Assembly (NCBI GenBank): GCA_016191105.1
Contig: JACPPH010000008.1
Coordinates: 66,667 to 130,666, forward strand
Length of the DNA: 64,000 nucleotides
DNA from: Candidatus Saccharimonadota bacterium
GTDB taxonomy: Bacteria; Patescibacteriota; Saccharimonadia; CAILAD01; BJGX01
Direction: 5' to 3'
Positions 39,182-48,435 of this stretch are shown piece after piece. The position numbers were made by a program, and so were the translations under genes. A model generated the notes under the pieces. The model saw only the letters and a program-made list of their open reading frames with translations. It searched no databases and was not told where the DNA came from. Within the stretch, counting starts at the first letter, position 1. Each line of letters begins with the position of its first letter.

Positions 39182-40399
39182 GTGCCAGTAAACGATTGTT
39201 TACAGTTAAAATTGCCAGCTCCCTTTTGGGCTATAAGTTTGAGCGATATTCACCTACAGGCTAAGCAGACCAAAGCCTCGGCTTGGGTTGAGCAAGAATT
39301 AGCTCAGCGGATTCGCTCGCATGCAGGCCCTGGGATTGTAGTGCTAAATGGTGACATTATAGAATTGTGGGCTGGCCAAAATCCAGATTTAAAGGCTGCC
39401 TTGCAAGCTCACGCTAGATTAACAAGTGCAATAAAAAATTTCGGCGAACAACCTGGCTGCCAGGTTGTATTTGTGGTGGGTAATCACGATGGCGAGGTGG
39501 GGTGGAGTAGCGAGGATCAGAAAGTTATTCAAGCTGAGCTTGGTGCAAAGCTTTGTTTTCAGCTAGAGCTCAATATGAATGGAAAAGTTGTAATATTTGA
39601 GCACGGTCATCAATTGGATCCCGACAACTTGTTTGAGGATCAGCGCGATCCACACGATCACCCCATGGGCCAATATGTGGTTCAAAAGATTCTGCCGATG
39701 GCTCAAAAATCCAAAACTGAGGTTCTAGCCGATGTTGATACTTTGGCCGATCCGCGCCGGTTTCCGATTTTTTTGTTTTCAAGGATTTTTTACCGGACAA
39801 TTGTTAGAAATAGTGGCTGGCTGGCGTTGCCATTTGTACTAGCATTGCTCTACAGATTTTTAACCGTCGTTGGTTTTTACTTCTTAGAACAAGCGCCACC
39901 GCAAAAGGTGCTAGACTTCTTGGTGCTAACCGACATAGTGATTATTTTAGACGCAGTGTTGCTGATAGTTATTGGCTATGTAATCTTGAGGCACTTTTGG
40001 AAACTTAGTGCTAGCTTGGTAGATGAACGTGGCGGTAGTGATCACAATCGCGACCCGCGTGAGTATACCAGCACAAGGATTAGTTCCAAGAAAATAACTG
40101 GTGGAGTATTTGGTCACACCCATGTGGCCGAGCTTACACCAATCAAGGACGGCTTTTATGCCAACAGTGGCTCGGGTACCAAGATTACCAAAGCTTACCA
40201 AGCCCGACTAGGTTTGCCCAAAATCTATATACCCAGTCTGCAGCTATCATGGCTAGAATTCGAAATGGGTCAAAAGGTAAAAGTTTCGCTATTTGCTGGC
40301 AACCGAAAGCTCGAGGGGTTGAAGGGGTTCGAAAAGCTACTCCTCAAAAAGCCAATCGTGTATACTGAAGCAAAGTTAGTAAAAAGCCTGGAGGTTTAA
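39182..40399 (+). CDS. Calcineurin-like metallophosphoesterase with internal TM hairpin
   Basis: SDIH, NGD, GNHD, HGH, GHTH motifs. Confidence 0.85.
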   Translation: MPVNDCLQLKLPAPFWAISLSDIHLQAKQTKASAWVEQELAQRIRSHAGPGIVVLNGDIIELWAGQNPDLKAALQAHARLTSAIKNFGEQPGCQVVFVVGNHDGEVGWSSEDQKVIQAELGAKLCFQLELNMNGKVVIFEHGHQLDPDNLFEDQRDPHDHPMGQYVVQKILPMAQKSKTEVLADVDTLADPRRFPIFLFSRIFYRTIVRNSGWLALPFVLALLYRFLTVVGFYFLEQAPPQKVLDFLVLTDIVIILDAVLLIVIGYVILRHFWKLSASLVDERGGSDHNRDPREYTSTRISSKKITGGVFGHTHVAELTPIKDGFYANSGSGTKITKAYQARLGLPKIYIPSLQLSWLEFEMGQKVKVSLFAGNRKLEGLKGFEKLLLKKPIVYTEAKLVKSLEV

Positions 40400-41215
40400 T
40401 TGTTGCAAACTGTTGCGCCAAAAGATTACGCCAAGCAGGGCTCTTGGCGACTGTTCTTTCAATCGCTGTCAGATATTGGGCTGAACAATCGGGGTTTAGT
40501 CCATATTATGAGCTGGACTTTGCTAATGGTGCCAGCAGCTGCTATCTTGGTGTTGTTAATAGTAATGGCAATCTTTTTGCCAGGCGGCCGGCTACCCTTG
40601 GTGATTTTGGCAGCAATATATGGCCTGGCCTTTGTGGCCGGCTTGTTTGTGCTAAGCGTGTATCTGGCATCGGCCTACGTTTATTTGTCGCTCAGTATTG
40701 CCAAGCGCCAGAGCTTAAGCCTGGCGCAGCTCAAAACTGTAGCTTGGGCTAAGATGTGGTACATATTTATAGTTAATTTTTTAGTTGGTTTAATAAATCA
40801 GGTGGTGACTGCCGTTCAGATAATCCCACTCATTGGCGCTGTTATAAGTTTGGTGCTGAGCGTTTTGATCTCAGCCTTTATGGCGCCGGCAACCTATATT
40901 TTGGTTGACCAAAACCAAAATCCGATTGAGGCCATGAAAGACAGCTACAATCTGGTGAGGGCAAAAGGCCATATGAGCGTATTTGTTAAGATGGTACTGG
41001 TCTTTACTGTCATTTTAATGGCGGCAATAATGTTGTTTGTGCTTATCTTTGTGCTGCCAGCTGTTATGCTATTGGCCAATAAACTAATCTTGCTGGGAAG
41101 CATCTGGATAACCATATCGGCTGTCGTATTGTTCGTGTTAATTATCTATAGTAGTCTGGCCTACCAAATTTGCTTGGCCAAGCGCTACCTGCAGGTTAAG
41201 CCGGCCCAAGATTAA
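40400..41215 (+). CDS. Multi-TM membrane protein
   Basis: Hydrophobic; YILVDQNQNPIEAMKDSYNL. Confidence 0.7.
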   Translation: MLQTVAPKDYAKQGSWRLFFQSLSDIGLNNRGLVHIMSWTLLMVPAAAILVLLIVMAIFLPGGRLPLVILAAIYGLAFVAGLFVLSVYLASAYVYLSLSIAKRQSLSLAQLKTVAWAKMWYIFIVNFLVGLINQVVTAVQIIPLIGAVISLVLSVLISAFMAPATYILVDQNQNPIEAMKDSYNLVRAKGHMSVFVKMVLVFTVILMAAIMLFVLIFVLPAVMLLANKLILLGSIWITISAVVLFVLIIYSSLAYQICLAKRYLQVKPAQD

Positions 41216-41245
41216 TATCATCCTACCTGTGATAAAATAAGTCTT

Positions 41246-41644
41246 ATGCGTAAGCTTTTTAATTATTCGAAGATTCTCTTTTGGTTTGGCCTGCTTATAG
41301 CTATATACATGTTTGCAGTATTAGCCTCCGAAACGTCCAAAAATTATACCCTGCGGGCGCGTAGTGATGCCTTGCAGAACCAGATTGACCAGCTGCAAGT
41401 GCAGATTGAACAGCTAGGCTACAAAATTACTTACTATCAAACCGACTCTTATAAAGAGCGTATAGCTCGCGAAAAGTTGGGCTTGCAAGCGCCAGGCGAG
41501 GGGGTGGTTATTACCAAATCTCAAGCTCCAAGTACAGATTCGGCTAGCGTGGAGAGTGTGCCGGTGCAGCTGCAAACCAAACAAGATCTAGAAGCCCAAA
41601 AGCCCAACCCGCAACAGTGGTGGGATTTCCTTCTCGGCAGTTAA
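41246..41644 (+). CDS. Septum formation initiator (FtsB/DivIC family)
   Basis: TM, coiled coil, ERIAREKLGLQAPGE. Confidence 0.85.
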   Translation: MRKLFNYSKILFWFGLLIAIYMFAVLASETSKNYTLRARSDALQNQIDQLQVQIEQLGYKITYYQTDSYKERIAREKLGLQAPGEGVVITKSQAPSTDSASVESVPVQLQTKQDLEAQKPNPQQWWDFLLGS

Positions 41645-42168
41645 GCCAAAAGACCAGTAACTTGTTTTACTGTTCGCTCGATATTGTGGTTTGAGGAATC
41701 TATCTTAACGAAGTCTTTGTAAAAGGGGACGGTGGAAAAATGCTCATAATGTTCATCAACCGCCTCTCTACCCATCCTAAAGTTCTCATGTCTTTGCTCG
41801 TCTCGAAGTTTGGCAATATCTGCTCGGGGCAACAGAAGTATCTTATGGGTCAGCTCGACTTGCTTAACTAACTCCTCCCATGCGGATTCATCAAGATAGC
41901 CATTTATAATTACATTTAAATCTTTTTTGTGGAAGTTTTTGGCGATCATGCCTATGCTTTCACCTACCAAACTCTATTGTTCGAATCTCCACTTCTTTTT
42001 GCCATCTGGTAGGATGTCGTACTTAAAACCGCTCACCAAGAAGTGCTTAATATTATCTACTTCAATATTGGCACAATCAGGAATTTGTTTGGCCAGCCGT
42101 TTGGCGACCGCACTCTTGCCGGATCCTGTTGGACCAGTTATAGCTACCACGAATTTATTTGCTGTCAT
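41641..42168 (-). pseudogene. P-loop kinase (AAA family) interrupted by one in-frame TAG
   Basis: ITGPTGSGKS Walker A. The two ORF-track pieces are in the same frame: ...RFEQ*SLVGESIG... (TAG at 41976-41974). Confidence 0.75.
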
Positions 42169-42191
42169 GCTATGCATAGCCAAGGCCGTAT

Positions 42192-42749
42192 CTAGCGCCA
42201 GTTAATACTTTTCACAATTCTATCGATCTCAGCTTTTGAGGTATTATTGGGTTCAAATACAAACTTAATTGAGAAGGCATTTATTGTTTTGCCGCTCCCC
42301 GAGGGCCTGTATGGATTTGTTCCATATGCCAAGTAAGAGTACAATAGCTTTTCTGGTTGGTCGGCAGGCTTGGATACGCCCGAAAACATCTCTGCTGGGC
42401 GGCCATCTATATCCACTACAGATATATCGCTGGTAGCCAGGCGTGGCGACCCTTCTTTGAGAATTGTGTCTGCCTGCTCCTTACTATTTACACTTTCAGT
42501 AAAGGGCACAATTAACACCATGTTGCTCGAGCCAAGCTTGGCAACAAACTGACAACGATTTCCGCCAGAATTAGTAATGGTATATTTAGCTGGAACAGAT
42601 ACGGTGAAGCATTCTGTACTTGTCATGGTAGTTTTGGCATTATTTCGATACAAAAAATAGCCGATAGCAGCTAATATAATTATGATTAAAACAATAATTA
42701 TTAGCTCAACCACACTAAAACCTTGTTGGCTGTGTTTGATAGCCTTCAT
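42192..42749 (-). CDS. Type IV prepilin-like protein
   Basis: Class III signal peptide QQG|FSVVELIIIVLIIIILAAIG with Glu at +5. Confidence 0.75.
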   Translation of the reverse strand: MKAIKHSQQGFSVVELIIIVLIIIILAAIGYFLYRNNAKTTMTSTECFTVSVPAKYTITNSGGNRCQFVAKLGSSNMVLIVPFTESVNSKEQADTILKEGSPRLATSDISVVDIDGRPAEMFSGVSKPADQPEKLLYSYLAYGTNPYRPSGSGKTINAFSIKFVFEPNNTSKAEIDRIVKSINWR

Positions 42750-42769
42750 GCTTATGGCTACTATAGCAC

Positions 42770-42797
42770 AAAAAATGACCCGTTTTTAAGGGTCAAA
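42770..42797 (-). terminator. Terminator downstream of the tRNA pair
   Basis: On the minus strand: tgaccc...gggtca followed by a T-run. Confidence 0.6.
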
Positions 42798-42804
42798 ATA
42801 ATTC

Positions 42805-42879
42805 TGGTAGCGGGGGCGGGACTCGAACCCGCGACCTTCAGGTTATGAGCCTGACGAGCTGCCACTGCTCCACCCCGCG
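42805..42879 (-). tRNA. Initiator tRNA-fMet (CAT)
   Basis: CGCGGGG...CTCATAA...CCCCGCTACCA; unpaired C1.U72 and A11-U24. Confidence 0.9.
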
Positions 42880-42921
42880 ACGTATGTGATATTTTATCTC
42901 TATCAGGAGTAATAGTCAACA

Positions 42922-42998
42922 TGGTGGCTGCGGAAGGGATCGAACCTTCGACCTCGGGCTTATGAGTCCCGCGCTCTAACCGACTGAGCTACGCAGCC
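42922..42998 (-). tRNA. Elongator tRNA-Met (CAT)
   Basis: GGCTGCG...CTCATAA...CGCAGCCACCA cloverleaf. Confidence 0.85.
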
Positions 42999-43111
42999 TC
43001 GCTGTCAAACTTTGGCTTCGACTATCGCAAACATATTATAAATGTATTTGCTTTTGTCTGCACCAAGGTTTTTCTCTCGGTTCAAATTTTTTCGACAATT
43101 TGAGCCGTTTA
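42999..43111 (-). other. Structured leader upstream of tRNA-Met (copy B)
   Basis: Homologous to 34973-35081; begins just after a TG-n-TAGAAT promoter on the minus strand. Confidence 0.65.
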
Positions 43112-43220
43112 AACCACTGATTCTACCATAAATCAACCTAAAAGTAAACGCTCAAGCTAAGGGCTTGCTCTGGGGATACAAACCCGTTACCATAAGAAGG
43201 ATAGTTAAAAGGAAAAACTA

Positions 43221-43379
43221 ATGCCCGCAAAAAAGTCTACTCGCAAAGCACCACTGGCTCGCTCTAAAAAGCAGTTTATTGAACCATCGTTTCTAATAAT
43301 GATTGTTTTGGTGGCTATGGCTGGAATAGCATTTATTTTATACGCTAGTGCCGCTACCTACACATCGTCAATCCGCTAG
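43221..43379 (+). CDS. Small membrane/secreted peptide (52 aa), absent from the ORF track
   Basis: AAGGA RBS; MPAKKSTRKAPLARSKKQFIEPSFLIMIVLVAMAGIAFILYASAATYTSSIR*. Confidence 0.6.
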   Translation: MPAKKSTRKAPLARSKKQFIEPSFLIMIVLVAMAGIAFILYASAATYTSSIR

Positions 43380-43391
43380 TAGGCAAGCTAA

Positions 43392-43862
43392 ATGCCTGCT
43401 CGTAACAAAAAGAAAAAGTTAAACCGCGACCCATTGCCAGCACAAACATTATGGTTGGCAGTGGTTTTGGTTGCAATCGCCGGATTAGCAATGGTGTTTG
43501 TAAGCCAAGCTTATCGCTCGGTTGATACTACCAAGGCCGGCACAGTGGTTAGTTTTACAAAAGGCTCCAACTTAAACCAGCAAACTAGTGCTAACAATGG
43601 CACTACTAGGTTTAATCTAGCTCTTAAGAGCGGTCTAAAGTATTGTTGGTGGGGCAACAGTAGCGCGGGGGCTCAAACTCAAGGCTCGGTGCGCTACAAC
43701 GACAGTCAAACCGTGGCCTTTGGTGCCAATGACTTTAAACTCGATAGCATCTCGCAACCGCTCTTCTGCTTTACATCGCAATATGACTCAAACAATGCCG
43801 AAGTATTTATATCGGTTAGCGGCAAAGTCAATTTTAGCTCAATGCGCGTAACTCAGCCCTAA
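43392..43862 (+). CDS. Exported beta-rich protein
   Basis: Basic N-region, a TM helix, then a Ser/Thr/Asn-rich domain with two Cys. Confidence 0.7.
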   Translation: MPARNKKKKLNRDPLPAQTLWLAVVLVAIAGLAMVFVSQAYRSVDTTKAGTVVSFTKGSNLNQQTSANNGTTRFNLALKSGLKYCWWGNSSAGAQTQGSVRYNDSQTVAFGANDFKLDSISQPLFCFTSQYDSNNAEVFISVSGKVNFSSMRVTQP

Positions 43863-43938
43863 ATTACCCATAGAAGGCACGACGCCCCGCTACGAAGGGG
43901 GCGCCGCGCATTGCGGGTTGATCCGTTCGTAACGGGGC

Positions 43939-44916
43939 TTACTTGGACTTGGCGAGGTCCTTGGCTCGTTTCTCAGCTTCGCGAGCGCGGGCCTTGGCTT
44001 CGGCAGCCTCGGCGTGTGCCTTGGCGACCTCTCTCCGTCGTTTGTTCTCCTCGATGATGGTGTCGATCATGAAGCAGACGCGTCCCGGGTAGGAGCCAGA
44101 TGCTGCGGCATCTTTGATGCTGGCCGGCTTTCGCTGGCCATAGTTGACGGTCTCATTCATGGCCATCTTGCGCAAAGCTGTGAGCGTGGCCTTGTCGAGG
44201 TTCTCGCCCAGCTGCTCGGCCAGGTGTAGCAGTTTGAAGGCCCGCATGAATGGCAGCAGCTGCGGCCGACACGCTACCAGTCGCCGGTTGAAGGCGACCA
44301 GCCCTTGGTGGTACTCACTGTCCAGCTCGAGGTCGCGGTAAAAGGCCAGCTCGCACAACCATTTGCCGCAATTCACCGCCCACTCCATAGGCTTGCTCCC
44401 ACGGCCTTCAGGGTCCTGAAGGTTGTAGGTGCGATGTGTTGAGTACAGAGGGTCTTCGCTTCTGAGGAACCAAACGAACAGCTCGAGCATGTCAGGCTGT
44501 TCCAGCCAAGTCCACGAAACGATCTTGCCTCCTTCTCGTTCGGGCAGTTGCCTGAACATCTGCTCACTGGTGACAGCAAAGGCTTTGGCGGCGAGCGTCT
44601 GCCGACCCTCCTTGTAGCGGTCGATCCTGCGGTCGTCGACCACATCACGTTCGCGGTTGTAGAGCCCGTTCAGATGATCGAGGTGACCGTCGGCCATGCG
44701 CAGATAGAGAGCCATGCGGTCGATCGCAGCGTTCTGATTGCAGCTGCCCTCGACTCCGAACCCGCAATGCAGCAGGCCAATCTGAACTTCGAGCGGGGTT
44801 TCTGGGTTGAGAAGCATCTCGTACCAGTTGTCCCAATTCCGAAGTCGGTGAGGCAAGAAGTCGAGCAGCGGGTTGCGCCGCTCGTATTCGCCGGTGGTTT
44901 CTTCGCTTGAGCTCAC
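43939..44916 (-). CDS. GC-rich orphan hypothetical protein
   Basis: 325-aa ORF with AAAGGAG RBS; visibly more GC-rich than its flanks; C-terminal coiled coil. Confidence 0.7.
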   Translation of the reverse strand: MSSSEETTGEYERRNPLLDFLPHRLRNWDNWYEMLLNPETPLEVQIGLLHCGFGVEGSCNQNAAIDRMALYLRMADGHLDHLNGLYNRERDVVDDRRIDRYKEGRQTLAAKAFAVTSEQMFRQLPEREGGKIVSWTWLEQPDMLELFVWFLRSEDPLYSTHRTYNLQDPEGRGSKPMEWAVNCGKWLCELAFYRDLELDSEYHQGLVAFNRRLVACRPQLLPFMRAFKLLHLAEQLGENLDKATLTALRKMAMNETVNYGQRKPASIKDAAASGSYPGRVCFMIDTIIEENKRRREVAKAHAEAAEAKARAREAEKRAKDLAKSK

Positions 44917-45023
44917 GATGAGCTCCTTTCTGTTTTGACTACGCCCAGTTTCTTAGGGCTACGTTAAGGTAACTTCTTTGTACAACTTATCTTCGTGCCG
45001 AGCAAGCACAGGCACTTCTAAAA

Positions 45024-45114
45024 TGTTATTCCAGACTTGATCCGGGATCCATGGGTTTATGATATAGATCCCGGATCCTGGTTTCGTCTAAAGCCGAACC
45101 GGTCCGGGATGACA
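45024..45114. repeat. REP-like palindromic element
   Basis: TGTTATTCCAGACTTGATCCGGGATC...GATCCCGGATC...GTCCGGGATGACA nested inverted repeats. Confidence 0.65.
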
Positions 45115-45191
45115 GGGTGGGTGACAAGCGCAAGTTAGATTAGGTAGTAATTACGGTTTCTTAAACACCTGGTAATGGTAAAATATTAAGT

Positions 45192-46514
45192 ATGCTTTCT
45201 GAACTGCATAACCATCTTTCTAGTACCAAGCTTTTGCCGCCGCGCTCTAAGTTGCTTTTGGCTGTCTCGGGCGGAGTAGATTCGGTTAGCCTGCTCGATC
45301 TGTTGCACGGTCTTAATACTTACTATAACTGGGAGTTAGCGATAGCTCACCTCGACCACAAGACTAGGCTCGATTCGGTTGACGACGCTCAGTTGGTTGG
45401 CAAGTTGGCAGACGATTATGGCTATAAGTTTTATCTTGGTCAGTTACCCGGGGAAGAACGCCGCGAGGCTCAACTTAGGGAGGCGCGCTATGGATTTTTG
45501 CAAGAATTGGCCAGCGCGGGGGGTTACGACTATATTGTTACAGCCCACCATGGTGACGACCGGCTCGAAACTAGCCTGCTCAACTCTATTCGTGGGGCTG
45601 ACCGCGAAGGCTTAGCGGCACTAAGAGCCAGGCGGGATAACTTGGTGCGTCCTTTGCTGCCATTCCGCAAAGCCGACATAATTGTTTACGCCAATCTGCA
45701 TAATCTGTCTTATCGACAAGACAGCAGCAACAGTGACTTAGCCTATCGGCGTAACTTGTTAAGAAACGAGCTAATGCCATTGGGCTCAATCACTCAAGCA
45801 GACTTTCGTAGCCAGCTAAGTTGCTCGCTCGACCGCCTAGAAGTCTTAAACGACCGAATTGAATCTAACTTGCAAGGCCTATTAGCCGACATCGTGATTG
45901 AACAAAACGGCAAAAAAGTGGAGATTGATCAGGTTCGATTTAGTAAATTGCCCGAAGCCGTGCAACTTAATTTGCTTAGCTATATTTGCAAGCAGCTGGC
46001 CCCTGGCGTGGCATTGAGTCAAAAAAATTTAGAGCAGGCTTTAAGGTTTGTAAGCCGTGCCCGCAGTGGCTCGGTTACGCACCTGGCATCTGGGTTGCAT
46101 ATGATGTGTAACTATGGTAGCGTAATGATTACTTCTGTTAATCCGGTTAGTAACCCCAGATCTGGTAGAACTGCCCCTTTGAATGTTAATCAGCCCTTTA
46201 GCCACGGCTTATTTAATCTGCGCCTGTTGAACGAACCAATTGATACCGATAGGCCACAAGCCTTAGTGCGTCCTGGCAATATGTATGTACGCTTCTGGCA
46301 GCCTGGTGATAGGGTGCAACCACTAGGCATGGAGGGTAGCAAAAAGCTCCAAGATGTTTTTTCGGATGCCAAAGTGCCCAAGCACTTGCGTTCGCACTGG
46401 CCAGTAGTGGTGAGCGCTAGCGGCGAGGTAGTCTGGCTACCAACACTAGCTATTGATCGACGCTTTGCCGCTACAGACAAAGACCAGCCAATTCAGTTAA
46501 TTTGTGAGGTTTAA
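45192..46514 (+). CDS. tilS: tRNA(Ile)-lysidine synthetase
   Basis: AVSGGVDS, REARY, TAHHGDD, VRPLL, DSSN..RNLLR, C-terminal PGD..P.GM.GSKKLQD. Confidence 0.95.
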   Translation: MLSELHNHLSSTKLLPPRSKLLLAVSGGVDSVSLLDLLHGLNTYYNWELAIAHLDHKTRLDSVDDAQLVGKLADDYGYKFYLGQLPGEERREAQLREARYGFLQELASAGGYDYIVTAHHGDDRLETSLLNSIRGADREGLAALRARRDNLVRPLLPFRKADIIVYANLHNLSYRQDSSNSDLAYRRNLLRNELMPLGSITQADFRSQLSCSLDRLEVLNDRIESNLQGLLADIVIEQNGKKVEIDQVRFSKLPEAVQLNLLSYICKQLAPGVALSQKNLEQALRFVSRARSGSVTHLASGLHMMCNYGSVMITSVNPVSNPRSGRTAPLNVNQPFSHGLFNLRLLNEPIDTDRPQALVRPGNMYVRFWQPGDRVQPLGMEGSKKLQDVFSDAKVPKHLRSHWPVVVSASGEVVWLPTLAIDRRFAATDKDQPIQLICEV

Positions 46515-48365
46515 ATGAAAAGAATACCCAAGAACGTTATCTATATAGTTTTAGGTTTGCTAGTAATTGGTGCCTTTTTGTATTTCTCAACTACCACTCC
46601 TCAAAAACCCGCCCAAGTTAGCTTGAGCAAGGTTATTGATCAGGCTAACCAAGGCCAAGTAGAAAGCATTGAGCTTACCGGCGACCAGCTCGTAATAAAT
46701 CTGAAAGACGGCAGCAAAGAACAGGCTTTCAAAGAAAGCAACACCAGCCTCAAAGACTACGGCATAGACTACAATAAAGTAAAAGTTGAACCCAAGAATC
46801 CAAACGACGGCTCGGGCAAATGGATCGACATTGCGCTGGCCTTTATTCCAGTTTTGCTAATAATTGGCTTTTTTTACTTTATAATGCGCCAAGCTCAAGG
46901 GTCTAACAACCAGGCTATGAGCTTTGGTAAATCCAAAGCCAGAGTTTTTGGCATGGAAAAAGAGAAAGTTAAGTTTGCCGATGTGGCTGGTGCTATTGAG
47001 GCTAAGACTGAGCTGCAAGAGATTGTGGAGTTTTTGAAGTACCCTGGCAAATTTGAAGCCTTGGGTGCCAAGATTCCCAAGGGCGTGCTGTTGTTTGGTA
47101 GCCCGGGTACTGGTAAGACCTTACTGGCTCGCGCTGTTGCCGGTGAGGCCGATGTGCCATTCTTTAGCATATCTGGTTCGGAATTTGTGGAGATGTTTGT
47201 AGGGGTGGGTGCTAGCCGCGTGCGTGATTTATTTAACAAGGCCAAAAAGAATGCGCCCTGCATAATCTTTATTGACGAGATCGATGCAGTTGGTCGCCAG
47301 CGTGGCACTGGCCTGGGTGGTGGTCACGATGAGCGCGAGCAAACCCTGAATCAAATTTTGGTTGAAATGGACGGTTTTGAACAAGGCACCAATGTGATAG
47401 TAATGGCAGCTACCAACCGCCCCGATGTGCTCGACCCAGCCTTACTTCGACCAGGTCGCTTTGACCGTCGCATTACCCTCGACGCTCCCGACATGAAAGC
47501 CCGTGAAGAGATTCTGGAGGTTCACACCAAAAACAAGCCACTCGAGGCCGAGGTTAAGTTACGCGAGATTGCTCGCAAAACCCCCGGCGTTTCGGGAGCC
47601 GATTTGGCCAATATTGCCAACGAAGCTGCTATTTTGGCTGCTCGCCAAAACCGTAAAAAGGTTAGTCAGGCCGATCTGCACGAGGCAGTCGAAAAAGTTG
47701 CTTTGGGCCCAGAGCGCAAGAGCCACATTCTAAACGACGAAGAAAAGAAAATCACGGCTTATCACGAGGCTGGCCATGCCTTGCTGAGTCATCTATTGGC
47801 GCACTGCCATTCGGTTCACAAAGTTAGCATTGTTAGTCGCGGTATGGCCGGCGGTGTTACTTGGAGCCTGCCAGAAGAAGATAAGCATCTGCACTCGGTG
47901 GCGGATTTCAAAGATGACATTGCTATGAGCTTAGGTGGACGCACGGCCGAAAAAATTGTGTTCAACGAAATTACCACTGGAGCTGAAAGTGATCTGAAGC
48001 ATGCCAACGAGCTGGCTCGCCGAATGGTGACCGAATATGGCATGACCGATAGTCTCAAGAATCGCTTCTTTGGCGAGGTCGATAATTCGATATTCCTGGG
48101 GCGCACCATGGGCGAAGGCCGACAATATTCCGAAGAGATTGCCTCTAAGATAGATAACGAAGTAGCCAAGATTATCGACGAAGGCAGCCAGCGTGCCAGC
48201 GAGGTGATTACCAAGAATCGCCAGCAACTCGATTTGATTGCTAAGACTTTGATAGAAAAAGAAACTCTTGAGGGGCCAGAGTTCGAAAAACTTTTTGCTA
48301 GTCTAGACAAAAAAGCTCCACCCAAAGACATCGACACGGCACTCGGCCCGCACCAAGAAGTTTAG
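46515..48365 (+). CDS. ftsH: ATP-dependent zinc metalloprotease FtsH
   Basis: Two TMs, [26 protein letters not shown]. Confidence 0.97.
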   Translation: MKRIPKNVIYIVLGLLVIGAFLYFSTTTPQKPAQVSLSKVIDQANQGQVESIELTGDQLVINLKDGSKEQAFKESNTSLKDYGIDYNKVKVEPKNPNDGSGKWIDIALAFIPVLLIIGFFYFIMRQAQGSNNQAMSFGKSKARVFGMEKEKVKFADVAGAIEAKTELQEIVEFLKYPGKFEALGAKIPKGVLLFGSPGTGKTLLARAVAGEADVPFFSISGSEFVEMFVGVGASRVRDLFNKAKKNAPCIIFIDEIDAVGRQRGTGLGGGHDEREQTLNQILVEMDGFEQGTNVIVMAATNRPDVLDPALLRPGRFDRRITLDAPDMKAREEILEVHTKNKPLEAEVKLREIARKTPGVSGADLANIANEAAILAARQNRKKVSQADLHEAVEKVALGPERKSHILNDEEKKITAYHEAGHALLSHLLAHCHSVHKVSIVSRGMAGGVTWSLPEEDKHLHSVADFKDDIAMSLGGRTAEKIVFNEITTGAESDLKHANELARRMVTEYGMTDSLKNRFFGEVDNSIFLGRTMGEGRQYSEEIASKIDNEVAKIIDEGSQRASEVITKNRQQLDLIAKTLIEKETLEGPEFEKLFASLDKKAPPKDIDTALGPHQEV

Positions 48366-48435
48366 GCGGTTATGCTCGGCTTAGGTCTATCTGATTTAAT
48401 AATCAGCCTACTCCTGATATAATAACTAACACGCG

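Noticed and set aside
41974-41976. Stop-codon reassignment or pyrrolysine
   Set aside because: TAG ends pyrB, ftsH, grpE and dnaJ at the expected positions, and TGA ends the ABC ATPase at 37888; no pyl genes are present.
42805-45114. tRNA-anchored integrative island
   Set aside because: No integrase and no duplicated tRNA 3' end were found.
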